Shown: piece after piece, positions 39,484 to 49,739 of the stretch
How the letters are laid out: each line of letters opens with the position of its first letter
How positions within the stretch are numbered: the stretch's first letter is position 1
DNA from: an uncultured Gemmatimonadales bacterium
GTDB lineage: Bacteria; Gemmatimonadota; Gemmatimonadetes; Gemmatimonadales; GWC2-71-9
Length of the DNA stretch: 64,000 nucleotides
NCBI GenBank assembly: GCA_963762545.1
Contig: CAVXLC010000001.1
Coordinates: 372,546-436,545 of the forward strand
Reading direction: 5' to 3'
Program-made: the position numbers and the translations under genes
Notes under the pieces: generated by a model
What the model was told of the DNA's origin: nothing
Database searches by the model: none
The model's input: only the letters and a program-made list of their open reading frames with translations

Positions 39484-41520
39484 ATGGTTCGTCCCCCGCG
39501 CATCTTCGCGCTCGTCCTCGCCGCCGCCGCGCTCGCCGCCCCGGTCCGGGGGCAGGCGCGCGTCACCTCGCCCGACCACCGCAACGTGGTCACGGTGGCC
39601 CTGCGGGAGGGGCGGCTGTACTACAGTCTGGCGCGCGATGGCCGCGACCTGGTACTGCCCTCCCTGCTGGGCTTCGAGTTCCGGGGCGCACCGCCGCTCC
39701 GGGACGGGTTGCGCCTCACCGACACCACCCGCGGGTCGCACGACGAATGGTGGACCCAGCCGTGGGGCGAGGTGGCCCGGGTGCATGACCACCACAACGA
39801 GCTGGCCGTGTCCGTGGAGGAAACCGCCGCCCCGAACCGGCGCTTCACCCTTCGGGTCCGCGCCTTCGACGACGGCATCGGCTTCCGCTACGAGCTCCCG
39901 GAACAGCCCGGGCTTGGCGCATTCGAGATGACCGACGAGCTGACCGAGTTTGCCCTGGCGGACAACGCGCGCGCCTGGTGGATTCCGTCCAACTGGCCCC
40001 GGAAGGACCGCTCCGAGGAGCTGTACTCGTCCGGGCCGGTGAGCACCCTCGACAGCGTCCAGACCCCGCTCACGATGGAGTTCCGGGACGGCCGCACCTT
40101 CATGGTCATCCACGAGGCCAACCTGGTGGACTACGCCCGGATGTTCCTGAGCGGGCCGCGCATGGAGGGCCGCACCCTGCGCGCCGCCCTGGCGCCGATG
40201 GCGGACGGGATCAAGGTGCGGGGCCGGACGCCGTTCGTGACGCCCTGGCGTACCATCCAGCTGGCCGACCGCGCCACCGATCTGGCGCCATCGCTGCTTG
40301 GCCTGAATCTCAATCCGCCGAACGTCCTCGCCAGGACGGACTGGATCCACCCGATGAAGTACGTGGGCATCTGGTGGGGCATGCACATCGGCTCCATGAC
40401 CTGGAGCTCGGGCCCGAAGCACGGGGCGACCACGGCCAACGCCAAGCGATACATCGATTTCGCCGCGGCGAACGGCCTCGGCGGCGTGCTGGTGGAAGGC
40501 TGGAACCTCGGATGGGACGGGGACTGGATCGCCAATCGGGACGCCTTCTCCTTCACCCGGTCCTATCCGGACTACGATCTCCCCGAGGTCGCGGCGTACG
40601 CCCACCAGAAGGGCGTGCGGCTGATCGTGCACAACGAGACGTCGGGCGGGATCGAGAACTACGAGCGGCAGATGGACAGCGCGTTCGCCCTGTACCGATC
40701 GCTGGGTCTCGATGCCATCAAGACCGGATACGTCACCGACCTGACCAGCGAGGGGCATTCCCACTATTCGCAGTTCATGGTGCAGCACTATCGCCGGGTG
40801 ATCGAGGCGGCCGCGCGGTACGGGATCATGGTCGACGCCCACGAGCCCATGCACGACACCGGCGAGCGCCGCACCTTTCCGAACATGATGAGCCGCGAAG
40901 GCGCCCGGGGCCAGGAATACAACGCGTGGAGCGGAGACGGCGGCAACCCGCCGGAGCACGAGACCATTCTGTTCTTCACCCGCCTGCTGGCCGGTCCGAT
41001 GGACTTCACGCCGGGGATCTTCGATATCCTGGAGCGCAGCAGCGGTCACGCCAAGCGGCCCGATGAGCCGCGGGTCCGGACCACGCTGGCCAAGCAGCTC
41101 GCCCTGTACGTGGTGCTCTATTCTCCCTTGCAGATGGCCGCGGATCTCCCCGAGAACTACGAGCGGCAGCCCGCGTTCCAGTTCATCCGCGACGTCGCGG
41201 TGGACTGGGATACGACCCGCGTGCTGGCCGGCCGGATCGGCGACTACGTGGTGGTCGCGCGCCGGGAGCGCGGCGGCCAGAGCTGGTTCCTGGGGGCCAT
41301 CACCGACGAGGAGCCCCGCACGCTCGACCTGCCGCTCTCGTTCCTGACTCCCGGCCGGCGATACGTGGCGGAGATCTATGCCGACGGCCCCAACGCGAAC
41401 TGGCTGGACAATCCGCTGCCGGTGGCCATCACCCGGCGCTCGGTCACCTCCGCGACCCGGCTCCGCGTAGTTCTGGCGCCCGGCGGCGGCCAGGCCATCC
41501 GGATCCGGCCCGCGGGCTGA
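39484..41520 (+). CDS. glycoside hydrolase family 97 (SusB-like alpha-glucosidase)
   Basis: Signal peptide MVRPPRIFALVLAAAALAAPVRG. GH97 landmarks LLGFEFRG, VHNETSGGIENYERQMD, IKTGYV, HEPMHDTGERRTFPNMMSREGARGQEYNAW. Confidence 0.85.
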   Translation: MVRPPRIFALVLAAAALAAPVRGQARVTSPDHRNVVTVALREGRLYYSLARDGRDLVLPSLLGFEFRGAPPLRDGLRLTDTTRGSHDEWWTQPWGEVARVHDHHNELAVSVEETAAPNRRFTLRVRAFDDGIGFRYELPEQPGLGAFEMTDELTEFALADNARAWWIPSNWPRKDRSEELYSSGPVSTLDSVQTPLTMEFRDGRTFMVIHEANLVDYARMFLSGPRMEGRTLRAALAPMADGIKVRGRTPFVTPWRTIQLADRATDLAPSLLGLNLNPPNVLARTDWIHPMKYVGIWWGMHIGSMTWSSGPKHGATTANAKRYIDFAAANGLGGVLVEGWNLGWDGDWIANRDAFSFTRSYPDYDLPEVAAYAHQKGVRLIVHNETSGGIENYERQMDSAFALYRSLGLDAIKTGYVTDLTSEGHSHYSQFMVQHYRRVIEAAARYGIMVDAHEPMHDTGERRTFPNMMSREGARGQEYNAWSGDGGNPPEHETILFFTRLLAGPMDFTPGIFDILERSSGHAKRPDEPRVRTTLAKQLALYVVLYSPLQMAADLPENYERQPAFQFIRDVAVDWDTTRVLAGRIGDYVVVARRERGGQSWFLGAITDEEPRTLDLPLSFLTPGRRYVAEIYADGPNANWLDNPLPVAITRRSVTSATRLRVVLAPGGGQAIRIRPAG

Positions 41521-41530
41521 GCCAGGTCAC

Positions 41531-41884
41531 GTGCCCCGGAAACCGACCAAGTACCTGGAAACGGTGCGGCGGGTGGCCCTCGCCCTGCCCGGTGTCAAGG
41601 AAGGCTCCAGTTACGGCACCCCGGGTTTTCGAGTGCGGAGCAAATTCCTCGCCCGGATGTGGGAGGACGGGGAGACGCTGGTGGTCAAGTGCGGCGACGA
41701 GGAACGCGACTTCCGGATGCAGGCGGATCCCGGGACCTTCTTCACCACCGACCACTATCGAGGCTATCCGACTGTCCTGATTCACCTGGCCACGGTGCGG
41801 CTGACCGACCTTCGCGAGGTCCTGGAGGAAGCCTGGCGCCGGAACGCGCCCAAGCGCCTGGTCGCCGAGTACGACAAGACATGA
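41531..41884 (+). CDS. MmcQ/YjbR family DNA-binding protein
   Basis: 117 aa. LETVRRVALALPGVKEGSSYGTPGFRVRSKFLARM is typical of the YjbR fold family. GTG start. Confidence 0.7.
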   Translation: MPRKPTKYLETVRRVALALPGVKEGSSYGTPGFRVRSKFLARMWEDGETLVVKCGDEERDFRMQADPGTFFTTDHYRGYPTVLIHLATVRLTDLREVLEEAWRRNAPKRLVAEYDKT

Positions 41885-41915
41885 TGCGCGGCGCACCCAC
41901 TCGAGGGATTCGGAC

Positions 41916-42323
41916 ATGGACGCGAAGGGCCTCACACCGATCCTGAACGTCTCCGATATCCAGGCGACTTTCGCCTGGTTCGAGAAGCTCGGCTGGCAGA
42001 AGGGCTGGGATTGGGGCAGCCCGCCCACGTTCGGCGCCGTCTGCTCCGGCACGTGCGAGATCTTCCTGTGCCTGGACAGTCAGGGCGGCCGGGGCAAGAG
42101 CGCCTTCAGCACGACGACAGGTGCTGGCGAGGCCGCCGACAAGGGAGTCTGGATGTCGATATGGGTGGATGACGTCGATGCCATCTACCGGCACTGCCTC
42201 GAGCAGGGCCTCGAGGTCACCCATCCCCCCACCGACGAGCCCTGGAATGTCAGAGAGATGCACCTGCGCCACCCGGACGGTCACGTCTTCCGGATCGGCA
42301 AGGGGCTCGAAGAGGCCGAATAG
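41916..42323 (+). CDS. VOC (glyoxalase/bleomycin-resistance) family protein
   Basis: 135 aa. TPILNVSDIQATFAWFEKLGW.. and ..EPWNVREMHLRHPDGHVFRIG match the VOC paired beta-alpha-beta-beta-beta pattern. Confidence 0.7.
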   Translation: MDAKGLTPILNVSDIQATFAWFEKLGWQKGWDWGSPPTFGAVCSGTCEIFLCLDSQGGRGKSAFSTTTGAGEAADKGVWMSIWVDDVDAIYRHCLEQGLEVTHPPTDEPWNVREMHLRHPDGHVFRIGKGLEEAE

Positions 42324-42359
42324 AATGACCGAAGCCCGCGGTGGCCCGGCCGATCTCGC

Positions 42360-45031
42360 CTACCGCCCCAGGAGAAACTCCAGCGGGATCTCCAGCCGCG
42401 AGCGCCAGGCGCGCTCGTTGTGCTCCGCCCCTGCGAACGTGCGGGAGAGAAAGCTCTTCCCCGACACGTACCCCGCGGACCGCACTACCGAATCGGCCCG
42501 GGCCTGCCAGGGCGGGAACAGCGAATCCAGGGTGGCGGTTCCCAGGTCGAAGTAGAACCGGTGGGTCCGGGGGTCGGGCGCATGGCGGCCGAGGTACGCT
42601 ATCACCGCCCCATCGGCCACCGGCCAGCCCGTCGACAGGCAGGCGGCCCCGCCGAACACTCCGGGATACTCGATCATCGCGTAGGCCGCGATCAGCCCGC
42701 CCATGCTGGCGCCCATGGTGAAGGTGTCCGCCCGCCCCGGCCTGGTGCGATAGGTCCGGTCGATGAACGGCTTGAGCTCGGTCACCAGGAACTTGAGGTA
42801 GGCGTCCGAGATGATTTCGCTGTTCTGGACGGTGGACCCGAAGCCGGTCGAGTGGCTGGTGGTGCCCGCCAGCGGCTGCTGCGGCATGTACTCCTGATAC
42901 CGCTTCGACGTGTTCCAGACCGCCACCACGATCGCGGAGCGCACCTTCTGCTCCCCGATGAGCCTGGTCATGGTTTCATCGGCGGCCCAGTCGACCCCGC
43001 CGAACGACGTGGCGGGGTCGAAGACATTCTGGCCATCGTGCATGTAGAGGACCGGATACCGCTCGGCGGGGTGGGAGGTGTAGCCGGGCGGGAGCCAGAC
43101 CTCGACGTTGCGAGGCGCCACGAACCGGGAGGGAAAATCCGGATGCAGCCTGCGGTCTCCCGTCACCCCCAGGGACGGGCCGGGGATCGTTTCGGCCGTG
43201 ACCGGAAAGATGCAACCGGTGCGCGCGGGCAGGACCACGACTGGAGCATTTCCCTCGATGCGCGGAGCCGCGCAGATGCCCAGCAGGTCGGCGCCCAGCG
43301 CGCCGAGCGGCACCCGGACCGCGGTCTGCGCGGTGTCGTTGTTCAGGGCCACCACCAGCTTCCCGCGGCGGTAGACAAAGACCTGCTCGCCGGTCACCAG
43401 GTTTTCGGTGCCGGCGCTTCGGAGGTCGGCGTGCTCGGCGCGAAGCTTGAGGAGCGCCTGGAGGTGGGCGTAGACGGATTGCTCGTCGGCGGTGCGTCCG
43501 GCCGAATCGAAGGCGTTCCGCGGGTCGCCGGGCCAGCCGCCGGGGAAATCCCGGCGGTTGTCGGGGTCGCCGCCGCCCGGCAGGCCGATCTCGTCTCCAT
43601 AGTAGAGGAGCGGGGTGCCCCGGGTCGTCAGCAGGAAGGTGTAGGCCAGCTCGAGCCCGGCCGTCGTGGCACCGCGGTCGTTCATGAAGCGCGGCACGTC
43701 GTGCAGGCCCAGGAAGGTCACCAGCGCCGTCGGGTCGCGGTACATCCGATCGTTGGCCAGCATCTCCGCCACTTCGCGCAGCCGACCGCCCTCGCCGAAG
43801 GCGCGGCGCAGCGGATAGAACAGCGGGTAGTCGAACAGCATGTCGACCTGGTCGTCGATGCCGTCGAATTGCGGTCCGGCCCCCCTCGAAGAACGAGACC
43901 AGCGCCGGATTGCCGTCTGACACTTCGCCGAGGACGCGGAGGTGCGGGGAACTCGCGCCGGAGCGCGGTCATCCAGTCCCGCCAGAACCGGCGCGGCACA
44001 TAGGGCCAGGTATCCTGCCGAATGCCGTCCATCCCGCTCATCGCCACCCACCAGAGCGAATTCTGGATGATGTAGCGGGCCACCTCGGGATCGTCCTGGT
44101 TCAGGTCGGGCAGGATGTTGACGAACCAGCCGTCGAGCGTAGTCCGGCGGGTGTCCGGGGTGCCGTGCGGGTCGGCCAGGGTCCAGGTCTGCCAGTCGTT
44201 GGCCAGGTGGTTCTCCGCCGTTCCATGAAACCACGTCGGTGTCGGCGAATCCTTCACCCATGGGTGATACGGGCCGGTGTGGTTGGCCACCATGTCCAGG
44301 ATGATCTTGATGCCCTGGGCGTGCGCTGCATCCACCAGGTCCCGGAAGTCCTTCAGGTTCCCGAAGTGTTCGTCGACCGCGTAGAAATCCACGGCGCCGT
44401 AGCCGTGATAATCGGTGATCGGCTGGTTGTCGTACATCTCGCGCCGATTGAGCGCGTTGTTGTTGTCGTAGATCGGGTTGAGCCAGATCGCGGTGATCCC
44501 GAGGGCCTTGAGGTATGGCAGGCGCTGGCGCACGCCGGCGAGATCGCCGCCGTGATAATACCTCGACTTGCCGCGGTCCAGGAGACCCTTCGAGATCGCC
44601 GGGTCGTCGTTGGTCGGATCCCCATTGGAAAAGCGATCGGGCATGATCAGGTAGACGACATCGTCCCTGCCGAACCCGCGGAATCGCCCCGCCTTGGGCA
44701 GCGGCGCCGTCAGCTCGAAGGGAACCTCGGCGCTCCCCGACGCGGTGCGGAGCGTGAACGGAAAGCGACCCGGCCTGGCCCCGCCCGCGATCGTGACGTC
44801 CACGAAGGCATAGGTTCCGGCCGCGTTGATCCGAAGACCGGTGCACCGCACCCGGGCGCAGGCGACCGTCGCGCCGGCCAGGTTGTGCCCCCGGATCAGC
44901 ACCCGCACCGGGTTGATGGTGGATCCGGTCCACCAGCTGGGCGGATCCACCTTCTCGACGACCGGCGCCTGGGCCGCCGCGGCTCCCGCCAGCAGGAAGC
45001 CGGCGAGCAGGACTCCCAGTGTCGTCCTCAC
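42360..45031 (-). pseudogene. GH13 neopullulanase/cyclomaltodextrinase-like enzyme fused to a C-terminal esterase (alpha/beta-hydrolase) domain; two +1 frameshifts
   Basis: GTG at 45031 (GTGA overlap with the MFS stop) gives signal (M)[22 protein letters not shown]-domain, DRFSNGDP, ILDMVANHTG, GIRQDTW..ALRREF in frame 1. PHLRVLGEVSDGNPALVSFFEGGRT in frame 2. QFDGIDDQVDMLFDYPLF..LGLHDVPRF..esterase with GASMGG in frame 3. The breaks are at C4 (43946-43949) and near G6 (43880-43885) runs. Confidence 0.7.
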
Positions 45032-46338
45032 GCCGGCGCCTCGGCGCGGTCGGTCACCCGGGTGACCAGGAGCGCGGCCAGGGCGAGAAACGCCCCGCCG
45101 GCGACGACCGCGGCCATCCGGTTGTTGTGCAGCAGGTGGGACATCACCCATCCAAAGCCCAGCGACGCGATGATTTCCGGAATCACGATGAAGAAGTTGA
45201 AGATCCCCATGTAGACCCCGGTCCGGCCCGGGGGAATCGAGCCGGCGAGGATCGAGTAGGGCATTGAGAGCGTGCTGGCCCACGCGATGCCGACCCCCAC
45301 CATGGACAGCAGCAGCAGGGTCGGGTTGGTGATCACCGTCACCGACAGCAGCCCCGCCGCGCCGGCCAGGAGGCAGATGGCGTGGGTGCCCTTGCGGCCC
45401 CGCCGCCGGGCGATCGGCGGGAGGAAGAACGCAAAGCCGAAACAGACCGCCGAATAGGCGCCGAAACAGATTCCGGCCCACTCCACTCCGCGCTGATACA
45501 GCGGCGAGCTGGGGTCCGGGGCGCCGAACACGTTGGTCGCCACGGCCACCGGGAAGTAGAGCCACATGCAGAAGAAGCCGAGCCAGGTGGAGATCTGCAC
45601 CAGCGCCAGCTGCCGCATCGTGTCGGGCATCGCCTTGATCGCCGCGATGATCTCCCGGGCGCCGGTCCCGAGCCCCGCGCTCGCGGCCTTCTCCCGCTGG
45701 AACGCCGCCAGGTCGGCCGGCGGCTTTTCCTTGGTCGTCAGGATGGTGTACAGCACCGCCCCGAAGAAGGCCGCCGCGCCGATGTAGAAGGACAGCCGGA
45801 CGGTGACCGGGATGGTGCCCGGCGTGCCGGCCGCCACGCCGAACCAGTTGGTCATCATCCAGGGCAACGCGGAGGCGATCACCGCGCCGAAGCCGATGAA
45901 GAAGCTCTGCATGGCGAAGCCCCGGGTCCGCTCGGACGGGGGCAGCAGGTCCGCCACGAAGGCCCGGAACGGCTCCATCGAGATATTGATCGACGCGTCG
46001 AGGATCCAGAGCAGCCCCGCCGCCATCCAGAGGCTGCCGGAGTTCGGCATCGCGATGAGCGCGCAGGAGCTCAGGATCGCACCGATGAGGAAGAACGGCC
46101 GGCGGCGCCCCAGCCGCGGCGACCAGGTCCGGTCGCTGAGGCGGCCGATGATCGGCTGGACCAGGAGGCCGGTGAGCGGCGCCGCGAGCCAGAGCATCGG
46201 GATCTGGTCGGGCTTGGCTCCCAGATACTCGTAGATCGCGCTCATGTTGGCCATCTGGAGGGCCCAGCCGAACTGGATGCCCAGGAACCCGAAGCTCATG
46301 TTCCAGATCGTCGAAAAGCGGGTGCTCTTCTCCGCCAT
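45028..46338 (-). CDS. MFS transporter, GPH/SLC45-like sugar (maltose/sucrose-type) symporter
   Basis: ATG at 46338: [60 protein letters not shown], with 12 hydrophobic segments. The 1326-aa ORF-track entry is this gene plus an antisense read-through of the BNR gene. Confidence 0.8.
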   Translation of the reverse strand: MAEKSTRFSTIWNMSFGFLGIQFGWALQMANMSAIYEYLGAKPDQIPMLWLAAPLTGLLVQPIIGRLSDRTWSPRLGRRRPFFLIGAILSSCALIAMPNSGSLWMAAGLLWILDASINISMEPFRAFVADLLPPSERTRGFAMQSFFIGFGAVIASALPWMMTNWFGVAAGTPGTIPVTVRLSFYIGAAAFFGAVLYTILTTKEKPPADLAAFQREKAASAGLGTGAREIIAAIKAMPDTMRQLALVQISTWLGFFCMWLYFPVAVATNVFGAPDPSSPLYQRGVEWAGICFGAYSAVCFGFAFFLPPIARRRGRKGTHAICLLAGAAGLLSVTVITNPTLLLLSMVGVGIAWASTLSMPYSILAGSIPPGRTGVYMGIFNFFIVIPEIIASLGFGWVMSHLLHNNRMAAVVAGGAFLALAALLVTRVTDRAEAPA

Positions 46339-46434
46339 GTGGCCTCCAGGCCCGGCTGCGAGGGATGCCTGCCCTAATCTTAGCGCGTGCCCGGCCACCC
46401 TGCCGCGCGGCCCCTCGCGCTGTACATTCTCCCC

Positions 46435-49400
46435 ATGCGCACATTCTCGATTGTCCTCGCCCTCGGCGCCTCGGCGCGCCTCGCCGCCGCCCAGACCTCG
46501 CCCGCCGACTCGTCCAGGTTCGCCGCCGTCGCCTCGGGGCTCCAGTTCCGCTCCATCGGGCCGGCCCTCACGTCCGGCCGCGTGGCCGACATCGCCGTGG
46601 ACCCCTCCAACCGGAAGATCTGGTATGTGGGCAGCGCGGCTGGCGGGCTGTGGAAGACCACCAACGGCGGCCTCAGCTTTGCGCCGGTCTTCGACGGCGA
46701 AGGCTCCTTCTCCATCGGCACCGTCGCCATCGACCCCAGGAACCCCAACGTGGTCTGGGTCGGCACCGGGGAGAACAACGCCCAGCGGGTGGTGGCCTTC
46801 GGCGACGGGGTCTACAAGTCGATCGACGGCGGAAAGAGCTGGACCAACACCGGGCTCAAGGAGTCCGAGCACATCGGCCGGATCGTGATCGATCCCCGGA
46901 ATTCCGATGTGGTGTACGTCGCGGCGCAGGGACCGCTCTGGCGCAAGGGCGGCGACCGCGGGGTCTACAAGACCACCGACGGCGGGAAGACCTGGACCCG
47001 CATGCTGCCGGGCGACGACTGGACCGGCGCCAACGACATCCAGCTCGACCCGCGCAATCCCGACGTCCTGATCGCCACGATGTGGCAGCGGCAGCGGCGC
47101 ACCTGCTGCTTCATCGCCGGCGGGCCGGGGTCCGGCGTATTCCGCTCGACCGACGGCGGCAAGACCTGGAACAAGTCGCAGTCCGGTTTTCCCTCGGAGG
47201 ACCTGGGCCGGATCGGACTCTCGGTCTCTCCAGCCAATCCGAGCGTGGTGTACGCCGTCGCCGACGCGGCCCAGGGCAAGGGCGGGACCTTTCGTTCCCG
47301 GGACGGCGGCGCTTCCTGGGAAAAGATGAGCAGCTACCAGTCGGGCGGGAATTACTACAACAAGCTCTTCGCCGATCCGAAGAACGTGGACCGGGTCTAC
47401 GCCGTGGACGTCATTCTGCAGGTGAGCGAGGACGCCGGGAAGACTTTCCACCGGGTGGGTGAAGCGCTCAAGCACGTCGACAACCACGTGGTCTGGATCG
47501 ACCCCGACGACACCGACCACCTGATCGTCGGCTGCGACGGCGGAGTGTACGAGACGGTGGACCGGGGCCGGACCTGGCGCTTCATGGCCAATCTCCCGAT
47601 CACCCAGTATTACCGGGTGGCCACCGACAACTCGGCCCCCTTCTACCGGGTCTACGGCGGCGCCCAGGACAACTTCTCGGTGGGCGGGCCCAGCCGCACC
47701 CGCACCAACAACGGCATCCGCAACGCCGACTGGTTCATCACCAGCGGCGGCGACGGGTTCGGCAGCGTGGTGGATCCCGAGGATCCCAACACCGTCTACG
47801 CCCAGTCGCAGTTCGGCAACCTGAGCCGGTTCAACCTGCGCACCGGCGACGTGATGGGGATCCAGCCCGAGGACGCCGCCAACGGCGCCGGCTTCCGCTG
47901 GAACTGGGATTCCCCGCTGCTGGTGAGCCCCCATTCCCACACCCGGATCTACTTCGCCAACAACCGGGTCATGCGGAGCGACGACCGGGGCGACAGCTGG
48001 CGCGCAGTAAGTCCCGACCTGACCCGCCAGATCGACCGCAACTCCCTCAAGATGATGGACCGGCTCTGGGGTCCCGACGCAGTCGGCCGGAATTCCTCGA
48101 CCACGCTGTACGGCACCATCTTCGCGCTGGCGGAATCTCCTCTCAAGGAAGGGCTGCTGTTCGCGGGGACCGACGACGGCCGGATCCAGGTCAGCGAGAA
48201 CGGCGGCGACAGCTGGCGGGCGATCGATCACTTCCCGGGGGTCCCGGACACGACCTTCGTGGCGCGCGTGGTCCCGTCCCAGCACGACCCCAACACCGTC
48301 TACGCCGCGTTCAACAACCACTGGACCGGCGACTTCAAGCCCTACCTGCTCAAGAGCACCGACCTGGGACGGACCTGGACCAGTATCGCCGGCGACCTGC
48401 CGGCCCGCGGCGACGTCTGGGCGATCGCCGAGGACTACGTCGACCGGAATCTGCTGTTCGCGGGCACCGAGTTCGGGGCCTACGTCACCCGTGACGGCGG
48501 CACCCACTGGGTCAAGCTCGGCGGCCTGCCCACCATCCAGGTGCGCGATATCGCGATCCAGAAGCGGGCCAACGACCTGGTGCTCGCCACGTTCGGCCGG
48601 GGGTTCTACGTCCTGGACGATTACGCCGCCCTGCGGGAGTGGCGCCCCGAGTACGCCGCGCAACCCGCCCGGCTGTTCGCCTCCCGCCCGGCCTACCTCT
48701 ATGCCGAATCGAGCCCGCTGGGGCTGCCGGGCGGATCGTTCCAGGGGCACGGCCAGTATCGCGCCGAGAATCCGCCCTATGGGGCGCTGATCACCTACTA
48801 TCTCAAGGACGGCTTCAAGTCGCAGAAGGCCCGCCGCCGCGAGGCGGATGCCGCCGCCGAGAAGAAAAACGTCGATTCGCCGTTCCCGCCGTGGGACTCG
48901 CTCAAGGTGGAAGATCGCGAAGAGGATCCCGCCGTCGTGGTGACCGTCAGCGATTCGGCCGGGCGTATGGTGCGCCGGTTCACCGCCCCGGCGACCGCCG
49001 GGATCCACCGGGTGGCCTGGGACCTCCGGCTCCAGCCCACCGATCCCGTCAACGGGCCGCCGTTCCAGCCGGACCCTGATTTCCCATTCGGGTCAGGACC
49101 GGTCGCGCCCTTCGCCGTGCCGGGCACCTACCAGGTGGCGCTCTGGTCCAGGGTCGGCGGCGCCTTCCGCCCCCTGGGCGATCCGGTCAAGGTTTCGGTG
49201 ATTCCGGCCGATCCGCCGGAGGCGCGGGCGGGCGGCCGCACCATCGCGACGCTGACCGAACAGATCCGGACCGCGGAGTTGGAGCGGGCCGTGCTGGGCA
49301 CCGCGGCGCTGATCGACGAGACCGCGGGCCGGGTGGGCTTCCTCAAGCGGGCCATCGACGAGACCCCGGCGGCGGACACGTCGCTCGCCCGACGGGTCCG

Positions 49401-49713
49401 GGACATCGAGCGGCGGCTCCAGGATGCCCGGGAGCTGCTCAACGGCGATCCGACCCGGGCCCGGCGCAACGAAGCCTCACCGCCCAGCCTGCTGGGGCGG
49501 CTGCAGAGCGCCATCGGCAACGGCTGGAGCGGCACGCTGGAGGCGCCGACGGCCGCGCAGCAGGCCCAGATCGACATCGTTCGGGGAGAATTCGGGCGGG
49601 TCCTGGATCAGATGCGCCAGCTCATCGAGGTGGACCTGAAGGCGCTGGAGGCCGCCGCGGAGCAGGCTGGTGTGCCGTGGACCCCGGGCCGGATGCCGAA
49701 GGCGCCGCTGTAG
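46435..49713 (+). CDS. BNR/Asp-box repeat, sortilin (VPS10)-like beta-propeller protein
   Basis: Signal peptide MRTFSIVLALGASARLAAAQ. Repeated S.DGG.SW / T.DGGKTW Asp-box motifs (YKSIDGGKSW, YKTTDGGKTW, FRSTDGGKTW, FRSRDGGASW, VSENGGDSW, VTRDGGTHW). Confidence 0.8.
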   Translation: MRTFSIVLALGASARLAAAQTSPADSSRFAAVASGLQFRSIGPALTSGRVADIAVDPSNRKIWYVGSAAGGLWKTTNGGLSFAPVFDGEGSFSIGTVAIDPRNPNVVWVGTGENNAQRVVAFGDGVYKSIDGGKSWTNTGLKESEHIGRIVIDPRNSDVVYVAAQGPLWRKGGDRGVYKTTDGGKTWTRMLPGDDWTGANDIQLDPRNPDVLIATMWQRQRRTCCFIAGGPGSGVFRSTDGGKTWNKSQSGFPSEDLGRIGLSVSPANPSVVYAVADAAQGKGGTFRSRDGGASWEKMSSYQSGGNYYNKLFADPKNVDRVYAVDVILQVSEDAGKTFHRVGEALKHVDNHVVWIDPDDTDHLIVGCDGGVYETVDRGRTWRFMANLPITQYYRVATDNSAPFYRVYGGAQDNFSVGGPSRTRTNNGIRNADWFITSGGDGFGSVVDPEDPNTVYAQSQFGNLSRFNLRTGDVMGIQPEDAANGAGFRWNWDSPLLVSPHSHTRIYFANNRVMRSDDRGDSWRAVSPDLTRQIDRNSLKMMDRLWGPDAVGRNSSTTLYGTIFALAESPLKEGLLFAGTDDGRIQVSENGGDSWRAIDHFPGVPDTTFVARVVPSQHDPNTVYAAFNNHWTGDFKPYLLKSTDLGRTWTSIAGDLPARGDVWAIAEDYVDRNLLFAGTEFGAYVTRDGGTHWVKLGGLPTIQVRDIAIQKRANDLVLATFGRGFYVLDDYAALREWRPEYAAQPARLFASRPAYLYAESSPLGLPGGSFQGHGQYRAENPPYGALITYYLKDGFKSQKARRREADAAAEKKNVDSPFPPWDSLKVEDREEDPAVVVTVSDSAGRMVRRFTAPATAGIHRVAWDLRLQPTDPVNGPPFQPDPDFPFGSGPVAPFAVPGTYQVALWSRVGGAFRPLGDPVKVSVIPADPPEARAGGRTIATLTEQIRTAELERAVLGTAALIDETAGRVGFLKRAIDETPAADTSLARRVRDIERRLQDARELLNGDPTRARRNEASPPSLLGRLQSAIGNGWSGTLEAPTAAQQAQIDIVRGEFGRVLDQMRQLIEVDLKALEAAAEQAGVPWTPGRMPKAPL

Positions 49714-49739
49714 CGCTCAGCCCGGATTGTCGCACCGGG

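Noticed and set aside
37862-41049. Long alternative-frame ORFs (689 aa plus strand, 535 aa minus strand) over the symporter and GH97 genes
   Set aside because: They are antisense or out of frame relative to genes with strong family signatures, and their composition is low-complexity.
46339-49008. N-terminal ~890 aa of the 1326-aa ORF 45028..49008, which would make a giant fusion with the MFS transporter
   Set aside because: Only the last 436 codons (from ATG at 46338) look like a transporter. The upstream part is antisense to the Asp-box propeller gene and is low-complexity.
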